Below are positions 37,701-48,919 of a stretch of DNA of 64,000 nucleotides, one piece after another (within the stretch, counting starts at the first letter, position 1; each line of letters starts with the position of its first letter). The stretch covers positions 1 to 64,000 of the forward strand of contig JAAILG010000370.1 in the NCBI GenBank assembly GCA_012026655.1, read 5' to 3'. The stretch is from Hydrolagus affinis. Lineage: Eukaryota. The position numbers and the translations under genes are program-made. The notes beneath the pieces are model-generated. The model was not told where the DNA came from. It saw only the letters and a list, made by a program, of their open reading frames with translations, and did not search any database.

Positions 37701-40700
37701 AACTTTATTTAGTCTCAGATGAGCTTGATTGTATTATTTGGCCAATCATAAAATTAAAGCATCATCTAACAAGATAGGAAAGGACAAACAATATTCCAGA
37801 TTATACAAACGTTCTCAATTCACTGGATGTTGCCTTTTGCAGTTTTTAAAATAAGTAGAATAGAACCAGGGAGATTTCTATACTTTCTGTTCCTGATTTA
37901 CTTTATAAGAAGCAAAACAAAATTAAACAAAAATTTGCATTTCTGTTTAGTTTCTAATTAAAAAAATGTCTGTACAAATATGTGCCTACTAGTAGAAAAA
38001 CCCTCCAAGGGCTATGTTGTATTTGTTTCATGGTGTACTGCCCATGATTGAAGTAGAACTTTACAATATTAGTATCGATAGAACTCATCATAGTGCACCT
38101 TTCGCAATAGCATGAAAAACTACTGGCTCCTAATACTTCTTCAATATTATTGGAAGAGTGCAAGGTTGTTTGTTCTATAAACGAACACCTACACCACCTA
38201 GCGGCCGTCTATAATTACAAGAGCTTCATATTTGTTCCAATCTATTTTGCAGTTATTTATGATGAGCAGATAAGAATTATTGTTTCTTGTACTTGAAAAC
38301 CTTCTCAAGCAACTGGATTACGATAAATTACGTTTTTATTTCCATTTGAGGGTTTAAGTCGTCATTGTTGATTCTTAAACATTATTTCATGGTAAATTTG
38401 AACAATGTGTATAAAAATAAATCAGCGAAAGCCACTTTTTGAACTGTATTAAATCATCGCTGTTCAGATGACCACTTCAGTTGTCCGATACGAAGTGAGT
38501 TGGATGAGCTAGAAGAAGAGATTAAAAGAAGAACAAAAGAGGAGGAAATAAGGAGAAAGAAATTGCGAGAGAAGGAAGCATCTATGGTATTTAACCCCCG
38601 ACCCAGCAAATTCATGGATCTAGATGAACTTCAGAATCAAGGTTGGTCTTTTAATTGTTTTATAATTCTGGCTTTTAATATTATCTTTTAGATGTTTGTC
38701 AGTCTTGTTTCAGACAGCCATGAAGTCGGAATTCACAAATGTATTACTTTTGAGCAGTTCTGTGTATTTGAAAAGAAATTACTGAATTGTTATCCTTCCT
38801 GACTGCTGTTTATTATCTGCTAACAAAATCTAGATCTATAATGCAGTCTACAATACAGCAACAGCCTGCTGTAATGTGGGTTTCCTGTGACCTGCACATG
38901 CGCAAAAGTGCCATGTGCAACTTTGTTTTGAGGAATGCTGTAGTCTGCCCCATAGTGTAAACATGGGACATTTTGCAGGAGAAGAGCTCTAACATTGTGG
39001 AACTGCTTCTCATTGAAGCAACTTCCATGAAGGAGGCATTAAGCTTGCCCTGAAGTCTGTATACTTTTCTACATAGTTTAAAACTTATAGCACCTCAGTG
39101 AATAATTTGTCTAAATTTAACGTGTGGACACATCTAACCCTTTCCACAATTCACCATTGTCTTATTGTGTATCTATTCATGTTCTCATGAATAGCCCTCT
39201 GAAGACATTAGCATGTGAACAGATGACCTTTTAACTTCAAGCTATTAATCTTTTCTCATTTTTTGTAACATTTCCTCTGCCTTCCCTTCTAAATACTTTA
39301 TTTGGATTACCTACAATACATTTCCCTTCTCATATTCATAGATTGATTTTCTTTCTATTTTCTTTTGCTAGTTTTATGAGTTTTTAATATTGCTTAATCC
39401 ACAGTTTACTGAAAATGTTTGAGCAAATGTGGTTAGTTTAGAACCTGGTAAGTTCATATTCGTCAGGAATTTGCCTTTCAGGTTTATGCTACATATGTTT
39501 TGACTAAACTGAATGTTTTTGTAAGTTTGTGTTATCTAGAAGTTAATATCTCACATAAACTGCATGTGAAAAATTTGGTGTTGCCTCTGCAGGGAAGACT
39601 GACAACTTTGAGAGATCATTACAAGAGGTAGACTCTCTTTTAGAACAGTCTTTCCGCCTTGAACAAAAGGATGATTTAGCTACAGCGCTCTCGCTCTGCA
39701 ATGAAGCTGTGTGTAAGTAACCCTAACTGCCTTTGCTGCTCTTACACTAAACACTTTGCTAATCAGTTGTCTTGTTGACTAAAACTTCTTACTGTTGACT
39801 GGAAACTGGAACCCAAACCGTCATTTACCCATTTACTGTTGATGCACATGCCAGATACTACTTTTGAAATTCTTTACGCATCAAAAGTATTCCTAAAATC
39901 ATTTTATTTGAATCTGTGAGAAACATTTTAAACACTTCATGTTAAATGTTTTGTGATAATTTATTTTGTATTTTTAAACTGAAAATAATGTGATCAAACC
40001 AAGGATGATATAAAATGTTCTTAATGAAAGGCATGATATTAAAAAATTCTTTATCAAAACACTTTATTTTTGCAAGCAACTTAATTTTTTGTGAATACTA
40101 TATTTCATTTAAGTTTTCTTAAGCAACACTTTTATGAATTGATGGATGCCACTGGCAATTTAAAATGTTTATCGATGAAAATTTAGGGTGCAATTATTTC
40201 TAGTGCAGGGAATAAAAAGCAGAGTAAAGATCACTGTGCACAAATTATTTCTGAAGTGTGCTAAAGTTGTCTTTAACTGTGCCATCAAAAGGCAGAGCAG
40301 TAATTGCTTCTGTCATTCATCTGCTTTTGTTTTTATGTTTGCTTATTTATGCAATTGCACATATTCCTAAATTATTTGGTTGGCATTTCCTGCAACATAG
40401 GACAAATCTCTGTGCACAAAACACCTATTTGTAATTAAACTGTGTCACATTGCTGATTTGAGCACTGCTAACATTTCATTCTTAAAACATTTATGAGTTT
40501 CCCATATTTCTGTTTTACAATTGCATGTTGTTTTGGCCTGTGTGTGCATTTTTTTCTGCTGTTTTGCATTTTAGCTAAACTAAGACTTGCTATGCATGAA
40601 GGCATTACGAGCTCACATGGCAGAACCCTTGCTGATAAGAAGCTGCATACTTGCATGAAGAAGGCTCGAAGTCTGCAGGATCGTATGCAGCAGTCCGTCC

Positions 40701-43700
40701 ACTCCCTTTCACAGGGAAACCCAATGACTGAAAACAAAAGGTAGTACTCTAGGTTAAAGAGGGGGAATTGGATAGAAGCCTTTAGAATATTGGTACCAAC
40801 AGCATAGTTTTTAGAAAAGAAGATTTTATATTGATCACTTTGTTTAGATGAGAAAGTGTTTGATAACCTCCAACGGCTTGCATATTATAGTGTTTTTGTC
40901 CTGACTTAGCCTGAATTTGTCTTTATATGAAGTGACAATCTCTTTCTGGCTTCCCTTATTTTCTGGGATAGATAATCTCAGGTGGGGATTTCTTTTAAGC
41001 ATTTTTCTCCCACCCATAAGAAAGCTGTCTGAACACTCTTATTCTCTCAAATGCGAGAGACTATTGCAGTGAAGGGTTCCTTCAAAATAATGTAAATTTC
41101 AGAATTCCTGGTGTCGTTGTTGTCAAATCTTGTCTTTTTTTCAAAAAACATTCTCCCCACACTTGGTACATGCTAACATGTATTACCTAGGAGAATGAGC
41201 TGTGCAATTCTCCCCAAACTGTCCATACTCTTCTCATGAAACATCCAATGATAGTCTTACTAAGAGGATGAATTAATTTCTGGAGGGTTTGCCCTCTGAG
41301 GCATTGTGGTTTGAAGAATGAAAACTCAACTAAGTTGAAACTGACTGCTTCAGTTTCTATACATCATTATGTGTGGTAATCTCCCAATCAATCTCCCAGC
41401 AATTTCATTGATAGTTGTGGTGCACTCTGCTTTTTAACCTTGAAAGAATAAACATTGATTCTCCCCCCCACCCCCAAGATTTAAAAGAAAAATGAGTCCC
41501 AGTCTGGATGATAGTGGCCTAGACTTACTTGTGATTCCTGCTTGTGTTTTGCAGTTTGAATTCATAATTTCTGCTTCTGTCATTAGGTTTTGCCACAGAG
41601 AATATACCTGTTACTTATATGTTTGGCAAATGTTTCTCTTTTAGACACAGGTCTGTGGGAGTTGAAAGAATTTAAAGGAAATTATGTTCCATTCCAATGT
41701 AAAGGGGAATCAAATTAAACTATGTTTAAAAATTAGTCTAGAGATTTTTTTTGATCAGCTGGTTGTTTGACGCAGAAACGGACTACCATGCTGAAGAGTA
41801 TCCAATCCAGACTGAGATTTTTGCATAGGACTGTCACCTCCCCATGTCTGGGATGGAAAGTGTACTCCTTCTCCCTGGGAGGATGCAACTTGTGTACATA
41901 TTCAAGAAAATATTACGAACAGTTTGGAGAGACATACACAAGGTACTTTGTTTGAACAGCGGGCTTGCACTTGAGAGCACTGCCTAGCAAGCTTATCCAG
42001 TGAGGACCATCCTGCTTACTAGGATTTTGGATTAGAGTGGAGCTGAGTGGGAAGAATCTCTGCACTTAGTGGATTGGTATGCCCCTTCCAAGTCCTGCTT
42101 ACAAGCAGGCTGTCCTATCTGATCATGAGGACCATGAAATACTGTGGTTCAAGAACCAGACTACCAAGACTACTATAGAGGGTTGACTCAATTCAGACAT
42201 TCCATTGCCAAGCACATCAGCTTCAAGCCACCTCAGTTCCAAGGAGATCTGCTTACCTTCCAAAGTGCCCACTCCCTCCAAATAGGAGATACAAGGAACT
42301 CCCGATAAGAAGCACAGCTCAGCGTGAAATAGTGTGAGCAATACCACCATCCATAGCTGGCACATGGCTTGGAATTGCAACCCTAACCATTTAGTGGCAA
42401 TTAGCAGTACGGAGTTTGAAATGCAGCTACTTACTAAGATTTACTCTAAATTTATGAAGCTCCTATTGAACGGAATTACCAAACAGAAAATACAATCTCA
42501 GAACCAGATGGTAATAAAGAAAAGTCAAAATTTATATTGTGTATTAAAATGAGAATATTACAAACTTTGCATTTGCTGGGAAGTTGCTATTTTTAAAAAT
42601 TCTTATGATTTCCTTTATTAACTCATACAAATTGCCACCAGAAGGCAGGCACTTGAAATAACATGTTTGATTTTCTATATGGTGAGAAATTCACTGTCTG
42701 TATCCCAGGGAGCAGGCAGTGATTAAGTTGTTGATTCAGATGAATATTGTGGTTCATGCCCATGATGGACATCACACCATATGGTTGGGGTTTCTGTAGT
42801 TTGAAAGAAAAGATTCCTGTAATCGTAAAGAAAAGCCTGGGATCCTACTGCCTCCTCTCCTATCCTCATTCTTTAGATTTTACACGTTCCAAAAAGTCCA
42901 CTCCATTCATTAAAAACGAGATGGAATTTATTTTCAGTTTCAATGTTTTTAGCCTAATATGTCTGCATAAGTTCAGCAGTTGGGGATGATTCAATGTTGG
43001 CAATTGAATATGTATATATTGTACTGTGGAATGTGAATTCTCCATATGGATGTAAAATTAGCTGCCATTTAATCCAGCGAGTACTAAAATTTAACTTGCC
43101 ACAAAATCTGTAGTGAATTCATGGAGTCCTGTACCTCAGTGGTTAGAGCACATGCCTCTCAACCCGGATTCAATTCCCGGCAGGATGAAACCATGGGCAA
43201 GTTTCCTTACTCCACATGTCTGATTAAAAAAAAAGAAACTCCCCCTACCCTCAAAAAACCCCAATAATAAATTGGTCATTTCAAACCACGACTGCTTGTG
43301 GGACACTGCTGTGCAAAATTGGCTGCTGCATTTCACCCACAAATATATAGTCAATTCACTTTACAGTATATTCTGCAAAGCACTTTGAGACGTCTAGAAG
43401 ACGTGAAAAGCCGTATATCAAATGCAAGGATTATTATTATAGTAAATAGAATGTTTAAATGGCTACAAAGTGTGTCATATGAAATAAGCAACCTAAGAGT
43501 TCTTAGAAGTATTGCGGGTGTACAGTGTGCCCTATAGTACTTGTAACTGTTTAGTAAAACATTTGTTGACAAGTAGAGGGACTGCATATTAAGGCATTGA
43601 AGTCTTTCTGATACTATACTTTGGAAATAATACAATCCACTTTGATTACAGTATGCAGACTAGCCAGATCGAAGTACTGTTAACATCAGAGAAAATAATG

Positions 43701-46700
43701 AAACCCATAAGTAAACCTGACTTCAAGCCCAACTCCTCCCCAGTCTTATCAGCCTCCAACCATGAACTACATGCAACCACATCACAAGAACCTCACTGGG
43801 AGTTGCATAGTCAGATTTCTACTTCATTGGATTCAGAACTGAAATATAACCAACCCAGCCGATACACTTCTGAGATTCAATCTCCCAGCAATTGCAATCA
43901 GGTTCCAGCTTTTCGCACTGGGGAGAAGGTGGAGGAAAAAGTTGTGATGAGTACAAGTGACTGTCGTATTTCACAACCTGACCGAATTTTGAATCATGCA
44001 GCCAAAAGCTTGGTGAAGAACAATGATGTTGAACCAGTAGAAAATCAAGCAAGGTTGGATCTTTTGGTACCGAACAATAAGGAAGCATCTGGCCAACATG
44101 GTTCCTTGCCATTAGTTGACATTGGTTATAGAGATGAAAATTGTACTTTTCCACCACAATCTCCCCATATAAACATGTTAATACAGAAGGATGAAGTGGA
44201 CAGTTATCTGCTGACAACTCCACAACATTCTTCAATATATACAAATTCAAGACCGTTTAATACATCTGACATAGAAATCTCTTCATGTAAAACATTGTCT
44301 TCCACAGGCTTGAACTTATCTCCTACCTGTCAGTCACACAAAGATAATATGACCTTGGAGAAGCCTGATTTCAAAACGGCAGAATTTTACAACAGATGTT
44401 CACCTTTGGTCAAGACAACAATTGATAAGGTTAATGTAAAGGGCTTAACAGCACAATTTCAAAGAGTAAATGCCAAGTTGGAACAGGCAAGCCATGAAGG
44501 CAGTTATCAAAGCATATATTCAAATTCTATGCCATGTCCACCAGAAGAATTTAACCAAGAGCAGTCTTGGCTCCCTTTGAATACAAAAATGGAGGCTACC
44601 CACAGTAAGAATCAGTTAAGCAGTACATGGTCTTCTGAGACCTTGCTTTCTTCCCAAGCTTCAGGCATTCCTATGGATCATAAAACTGAGTCACCTATTT
44701 CTCCTTCTGCTCCTACTAGCAGAACAAAAACTAGTGCTGGAGCCAGAGATGTAAACAGTGGTACCAGAGTATTAGATTTTTCAAATGATTCTCAAACAGA
44801 TGCACAACAATACCAGAATCTTTACTCGTCTTTCAGAAATAACTATTCCAACAACCTTTCAGAAGGGGTGAGACTGTACGATGAGCAATTTACTATGTCT
44901 GAGTCTTCTCTGCCTGTGGATCGATGGGTCAATAATGTGAGAAAACATCACATAACTCAAACAGATTACAAGAAGAGTGAACAGCAACACCTGCAGGGTA
45001 ATCTGCCCAGTCAAGAGAGTTGCATATACGGTCATGAAAAAAAACTAACGCCGCCATTTATTAGTAAAGGTCAGGATACTGAACTTGAATTTTCAGAGCT
45101 GGAATCCCTGTATCAGGCAAGTCTCCAGGCTTCAGGGAATTGCCGGACATCACCAGGAAGATTTGTGACTGACACTGGTACCAGACATAATGGTGCTAAA
45201 CCAGGTGAGAGTGCACAATATGTCAAATAATGTAGAACTTCTGATTTTTGTTTTCCCTTGGAAAGTGGGCATAACGTATTTTAAAATATTAAGATGTTTA
45301 GAAGTTTCTAAAGTACTTGAACAAATACAAAAGGGATATCATCCTGGGGCTGAAGAAGTTTTTTTTAAAAAAAAAGTTACAAGAATGAAGGATCTGAAGC
45401 ATTTTTTATATTCACATAACTTCCAACATACATAAAATTGTGCATAAAAATTGAAGAACAATTTTGGAGGAAGTGAAACATCATCTTTTGTGGAGTGCTT
45501 GTTAATACATGTACTGAACTAAATAACAGAATTGTCAGCAATTTCAAGAAATCCAATTTAATATTATTTCCATTTTTATTCGTCTCTGCAAATAGTTGCA
45601 AAAAATTTCCACTCTGCACCAGAAAGGGGTAGATCAAAGACTCCCACTGCAGAGATTGAGCGCAGTGCCTACGGGACAGCTTCTTCCAGGGTTTCTGCAC
45701 TAGACAGGACAAAGGTAAACTCGAGTAGGATAAAGTACCTATTATGTCTGCTTTTTCAAATGTGTCTTTTAAATCCGAAGTAAATAGCATTTCTTTTTCT
45801 ACCTTGAATTTCAATAAAGAACCTCAAATAAAACTTTCTGAATACACCCTTGTGCAATCATGCTACCATCTTCAGTTGGAATTGAAGAGTAGTTTGACTT
45901 GTGAATTCTCAGGACATCACAGTTCTATGCTTTTGTATTTGGGCTCTCTTGGTAGCTGAGTGGTCAGAATTTGGAATAACTTTAACTTCCTTTATTTTTA
46001 GACTAATTTCAGCGCAAGTGCTCCAACAGAAAACTTGGAAAATGACAATTATACTGCAGAAAATTTCCGACGTATTGCTCGCAGTCTGAGTGGAACTGTC
46101 ATTGCTAACCGAGAGAACACTGTGGTTAATTCTCATAGTTTTGTAAGTAAAACTGTTTGTAAAAAGTTTTGTTTACTTCAGATTAGTTTATTATGTTACA
46201 TTCTATTGAACTGCTTAATAGTGCGGATGGAAGGTGGGAGAATAAATTGGAGGCTTTTTATTTTGTTTTCCTTCCTGTGGAAATTCTCGGTATATAACCG
46301 TCAATGTCGATTTATGTTGCAAGGAAACAACAAAACTGAGGAAGTCACATTTGGAGCCTCGAAAAAGATCTGCCAGCTCCTCTTCCCTCATCTCCCAAGA
46401 TCCCTCCCACAATCCTCCTGTGTTAAATTCCTATCCTCAGCATCACCCCTACCTATCACAGCACCTTTCATCTGATCCACTACAGCCCAGCAAGGCTGGT
46501 GAGGCAAACAGAGCATCAGGTAAACATGGCTTCTCTAAACGAAAGTGGCTTGTATTTACATTTCCTTTCAATGCATCTCTACCCACAGCACTCAACGTTG
46601 CATGACTCTATCCTTGGCTGTTAATTTCCTTTTCCATTGTATGTGATGTGTTCCAAGTACTGCATGAAGAATATTTCTGTTTGAGACTATTTTATAGAAT

Positions 46701-48919
46701 GTCTGATTCCTAATATGTTTGCTCTGGATCGCATTTGTTCAACTTGGCAATAAAGTTGATAAATTGAAATCAATGGTACGAAAATCATCAGAATCGTCTA
46801 GATTCATCAGAAATGTATATATAACTTACTACTTTATTCTGCATCCTCCACCTTTGAGTTGAGACCTAGATAACATTTTGGAGTACACATGTGGTTAGCA
46901 ATGATCTTCATGACTTTTTTGACATTGGTACTTGCCAAGCTTCAATGGTAGTGATAGTACTACCACAATGTCATAAAGGGTTGCCATAGTCTTCCCCAGA
47001 GTTTGATCCAGGTTTGGCTCGATTCTAGCAATATAAGAACAATGAAAAAGATCTGCAAGGTAGGTAATTGTTCTTTTGTGTGCATGTGTAACATTCGGAA
47101 GTGGTATTATTCAGCACCTAAAGATCACTTTTTACTTTTGTTTTTGTTTATCCTCATTGTAATTTTATTCACTATATCCACTGGGTACCCCTGACCAGCG
47201 CAACAAATTGTTTTAAAACTCCCTGTTCATAGCATGAATTTTTCTTCAAGATCAGCATGTTCATAGCACTGTGACTTTACCCAAGTGACCATTCTTCTTT
47301 GCACCAACAGTTGAACTGTGTAAAGCTAAAGCTACTTGTGGTTATCCAGTATTCACACACATGCGCTTATCAACAGGGGTCATTACAAAAAAAAACCTTA
47401 GCTGATTTCTTTCATAACCCCAAGAACAGAATCAATTGCACTGCTGTTTTGCTGGCCCACCTAACTCTGGATTGAGGCTTGTACCTTCTAAATCCCATAA
47501 TTCCATTACCATAGAATGACTTTACAAGCTGAGCCATCTTGAGTTAAAAGGAATGGTTAATCTTATATATTTTCACTTAAATTATTGTTGTCCTGTCATT
47601 TTGTGATTTTTCACAGTATAATTGGTAAAGTACAACAGTAAAAACTTCAGGGATGCACTCTCAACACGGACCAACCCTTTCTATTTATTTAATTTTATTA
47701 TTTGTGTGTTAATAATATTGCACTTTAAAACATTCTGAAATTTGCCTCATATCTTGCTGAACAATTGACTGGAATTGGTTTCAACTTTTATGAGTTCATG
47801 AGAAAAATTACGAGTATATTACCATGGCTTGAATGGGATTTTCATGACAATGGAAATGGTATATGATCACTGATCTTCAGCAAATCCTCAAACTGTTTTT
47901 TCGCATGATGAATACTGACTGAACTGGAATCCATATGTTCTGGCCTGTACCATTGAATAAGCAGCTGAAGTCTAAATTTTGTTTGTGTAGTTGTTGCAGA
48001 TCATGGCTGTTTGTGGGATATCACTGTGTGCAATTGGACTATAGCAATTGCCTACAAATACAGTGAAGTGCTTTGGGATGGCTTGCCAGCACGAGAGATG
48101 CTATACCAAAAGCAAGGATTATTGTTAGATCCTTGTTGGATACAATTTGTAATGATTTCAAGCTACTTAATTGTTCTATTTCCTATGAATGCAGATAAGA
48201 ACATCGAAAAATTTCTGGCTATGTTTGACCGGAGTGAAGCTTTCAGCCGTGACAACTACCAGAATGTTGCAGTGAATTATGGAACATTGCCACGCACTCA
48301 GAAACATGTGGTTCCAGGGCAGAGACACTTCGGAAAGGAGCTGCTGCACCTTGAGACTAAAAACTTTATCAAACAAAGACTAAATCAAACAAACCGAGCA
48401 ATTCTGCCAAACAAGAGCAAAATAGAGCACCTTCAAAGAAATCCATCCAGCACTGCAACATTGAACAGGCCTCTCCAAAGTGGAACAGAACTTTCCGATT
48501 TTTATGGTTCTGCTGATCACTTTCCTGCGCATTGCAGACCTGGGTTTGACACTAAGCAGAGCGCTTTCCCAAAAACCAGTGCAGCGAATACCTTAAACTA
48601 TCAAAAACCTCCTTACATTGTGGCTTCACGATCTAACACTCTTGGTCCCCGGCGTCTTGATGTTCCTCCTGATGAAGATTGGAGGAAAGCGACTTTTGCC
48701 CCATCTCAGCATTTTGTTTGCAGTGCTGCTCCAAGGACTAATACTCCTGACATTTACACCAGGGGGTCATCAGCTGTCAGACGAGTGAGTGAACAGACTG
48801 CTTTTCAGCCGGGTAGGAGACGCCAATGCTCTCTTTGCCAGCAAGTGCTCATAAACACCGCACAGGTTTACTGCCAGAACTGCACTGCATATATGGCACA
48901 ATTTAAACCAAGACATTAA
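10573..48919 (+). CDS. USP54: Ubiquitin-specific peptidase 54 (USP53/54 family), 21 coding exons, 5484 nt, ~1827 aa
   Basis: join(10573..10716,12702..12794,20062..20196,20713..20826,21344..21426,22718..22823,26903..27049,27377..27526,28718..28883,30520..30690,32079..32234,32395..33085,34780..34913,38468..38641,39593..39712,40575..40740,43652..45204,45596..45714,46002..46142,46324..46519,48195..48919). All phases are consistent and all introns are GT-AG except one GC-AG. N-terminus MSWRKNYF...[34 protein letters not shown], His box YYGKHY, and an MIT-like helical segment fit USP54. Confidence 0.95.
12702..12794 (+). CDS. USP54: USP54 coding exon 2
   Basis: ag|[31 protein letters not shown]|gtaagg. 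Confidence 0.95.
12810..13535 (+). mobile_element. Tc1/mariner (Tigger-like) MITE, copy A, with long internal inverted repeat (unedited state)
   Basis: TIRs c(t)gtaaaagtctgtttatc / ggataaacgggcttctactg, TA on both sides; internal arms ~12953-13130 and ~13195-13395 are near-complementary. Confidence 0.92.
13825..13980 (-). mobile_element. SINE 3' half, diverged
   Basis: aatctttgcatttgatac..tctcaatgtgcttcaca..gcagtgttccataaacagtcgtggattg. Confidence 0.75.
15029..15406. mobile_element. Tc1/mariner (Tigger-like) MITE, related subfamily
   Basis: ta|cagtaaaagcctatttatccgg ... ggataaacaggcttttactg|ta. Confidence 0.9.
15927..16091. repeat. Long near-perfect palindrome, Penelope-type inverted terminal repeat remnant
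   Basis: acaaaaacagaagttgctggggaaactcagcaggtcaggcagcatccatggagaaaggaaaaagagtcaa ... ttgactctttttcctttctccatggatgctgcctgatctgctgagtttccccagcaacttctgtttttgt. The palindrome is directly visible; the family assignment is from recall of chondrichthyan repeats. Confidence 0.8.
16519..16733. mobile_element. Short Tigger-like MITE (internal deletion derivative)
   Basis: ta|cagtaaaagcccgg ... gccggataaacgggcttttactg|ta. Confidence 0.88.
17675..17988 (-). mobile_element. Full-length tRNA-derived SINE with L2-like tail
   Basis: Minus strand: ggagtcctatagctcagtggttagagc (A box) ... ggttcaattcc (B box) ... aaatgcaaggattattattatt. Confidence 0.92.
18877..19167. mobile_element. hAT (Charlie-like) MITE with perfect 8-bp target site duplication
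   Basis: TIRs cagtggttcccaa / ttgggaaccactg; TSD ctctatat at 18869-18876 and 19168-19175. Confidence 0.95.
19303..20017 (+). mobile_element. Tigger-like MITE, copy B (A-to-G hypermutated subfamily)
   Basis: ta|cagtagaagctcgtttatccggcaccc ... ggataaatgggcttccactg|ta; colinear with copy A. Confidence 0.93.
20062..20196 (+). CDS. USP54: USP54 coding exon 3
   Basis: cag|[45 protein letters not shown]|gtaagt. Confidence 0.95.
20713..20826 (+). CDS. USP54: USP54 coding exon 4
   Basis: tag|[38 protein letters not shown]|gtaaga. Confidence 0.95.
21344..21426 (+). CDS. USP54: USP54 coding exon 5
   Basis: cag|[27 protein letters not shown](C)|gtaagc. Confidence 0.95.
21991..22295 (-). mobile_element. 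Full-length tRNA-derived SINE
   Basis: Same family as 17675-17988; A/B boxes and (ATT)n tail. Confidence 0.92.
22718..22823 (+). CDS. USP54: USP54 coding exon 6
   Basis: tag|[35 protein letters not shown]|gtaagt. Confidence 0.95.
26903..27049 (+). CDS. USP54: USP54 coding exon 7
   Basis: cag|[49 protein letters not shown]|gtaaga. Confidence 0.95.
27377..27526 (+). CDS. USP54: USP54 coding exon 8 (His box)
   Basis: cag|[50 protein letters not shown]|gtaaaa. Confidence 0.95.
27960..28163 (+). mobile_element. Old CR1 LINE 3' end
   Basis: ...gcatttagaaagaattggatatatac...aagggtacgagga... ending in the CR1-type ttctatgattcta repeat. Confidence 0.6.
28718..28883 (+). CDS. USP54: USP54 coding exon 9 (GC donor)
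   Basis: tag|[55 protein letters not shown](G)|gcaagt. Confidence 0.9.
29565..29703 (+). mobile_element. SINE 3' fragment
   Basis: aaagcactttgagacgtctggaagacgtgaaaagcgctacaccaaatgcaaggattatcattatt. Confidence 0.85.
30520..30690 (+). CDS. USP54: USP54 coding exon 10
   Basis: tag|[56 protein letters not shown](G)|gtactc. Confidence 0.92.
30852..31591 (-). mobile_element. Tigger-like MITE, copy C (A-to-G hypermutated subfamily), inverted relative to A and B
   Basis: ta|cagtagaagcccatttatccgtgactcg ... gggtgccggataaaccggcttctactg|ta; reverse complement aligns to copy B along its length. Confidence 0.93.
32079..32234 (+). CDS. USP54: USP54 coding exon 11
   Basis: tag|[30 protein letters not shown]...PFSGYHSE(G)|gtaaga; phase 1/1. 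Confidence 0.9.
32395..33085 (+). CDS. USP54: USP54 coding exon 12
   Basis: tag|[10 protein letters not shown]...[14 protein letters not shown]...[23 protein letters not shown]...PF(R)|gtaaaa; contains ORF 32475..33089. Confidence 0.92.
33543..34044 (-). mobile_element. L2 3' fragment
   Basis: ORF 33681..34043(-) [33 protein letters not shown]; tail ctttcacgtcaggaggatgtcccaaagcgc + (TTG)n. Confidence 0.9.
34780..34913 (+). CDS. USP54: USP54 coding exon 13
   Basis: aag|[44 protein letters not shown]|gtaagt; phase 2/1 fits neighbours. Confidence 0.85.
35381..35785. mobile_element. Old Tigger-like element with a nested degraded L2 fragment (35418-35630, +)
   Basis: Degenerate TIRs caatgaactcctgataactc / agttatcaggactttacag; internal ttcaagatcctc..ctagcacctccctacct (FKIL..LAPPYL) and gcgctatataagtgcaggttgttg tail. 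Confidence 0.55.
37155..37315 (+). mobile_element. SINE 3' half
   Basis: caatccatgactctttgtgggacac..gtgaagtgctttgagccatctagaagatgtgaaaagtactatacaaaatgcaaggattattatt. Confidence 0.85.
38189..38207 (-). promoter_or_regulatory. Candidate CTCF motif
   Basis: Minus strand ggccgctaggtggtgt closely matches the CTCF core CC(A/G)(C/G)(C/T)AG(A/G)(G/T)GG(C/T); an isolated GC island in AT-rich intron. Confidence 0.45.
38468..38641 (+). CDS. USP54: USP54 coding exon 14 (coiled-coil-like)
   Basis: cag|[57 protein letters not shown]|gttggt. Confidence 0.9.
39593..39712 (+). CDS. USP54: USP54 coding exon 15 (MIT-like domain, part 1)
   Basis: cag|[39 protein letters not shown]|gtaagt. Confidence 0.9.
40575..40740 (+). 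CDS. USP54: USP54 coding exon 16 (MIT-like domain, part 2)
   Basis: tag|[40 protein letters not shown]...ENK|gtagta. Confidence 0.88.
43123..43440 (+). mobile_element. Full-length tRNA-derived SINE
   Basis: ggagtcctgtacctcagtggttagagc..gattcaattccc..gcactttgagacgtctagaagacgtgaaaagccgtatatcaaatgcaaggattattattat. Confidence 0.92.
43652..45204 (+). CDS. USP54: USP54 coding exon 17 (large, low-complexity/disordered)
   Basis: Coincides with the 525-aa ORF 43653..45230; cag acceptor, gtgaga donor; motifs [31 protein letters not shown]. Confidence 0.9.
45596..45714 (+). CDS. USP54: USP54 coding exon 18
   Basis: tag|[39 protein letters not shown]|gtaaac. Confidence 0.85.
46002..46142 (+). CDS. USP54: USP54 coding exon 19
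   Basis: tag|[47 protein letters not shown]|gtaagt. Confidence 0.88.
46324..46519 (+). CDS. USP54: USP54 coding exon 20 (alternative in-phase donor at 46498)
   Basis: aag|[32 protein letters not shown]...ANRAS|gtaaac; phase 0/1 bridges exons 19 and 21. Confidence 0.75.
48005..48125 (+). mobile_element. Old SINE 3' remnant (accounts for the non-coding front of ORF 48011)
   Basis: gctgtttgtgggatatcactgtgtgcaattgg..gtgaagtgctttggga..gcaaggattatt. Confidence 0.7.
48195..48919 (+). CDS. USP54: USP54 terminal coding exon 21
   Basis: gcag acceptor in phase 1; [23 protein letters not shown], terminal CxxC-x11-CxxC, TAA stop. Confidence 0.88.

Noticed and set aside
41759-42420. Coding-like, less AT-rich stretch in USP54 intron 16 as an extra exon
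   Set aside because: The frame required after exon 16 hits a stop, and exons 16 and 17 already join in phase; more likely a decayed LINE fragment
48011-48194. N-terminal 61 codons of the 302-aa ORF
   Set aside because: Intronic: it overlaps a SINE remnant, and the real exon starts at the phase-compatible acceptor 48195
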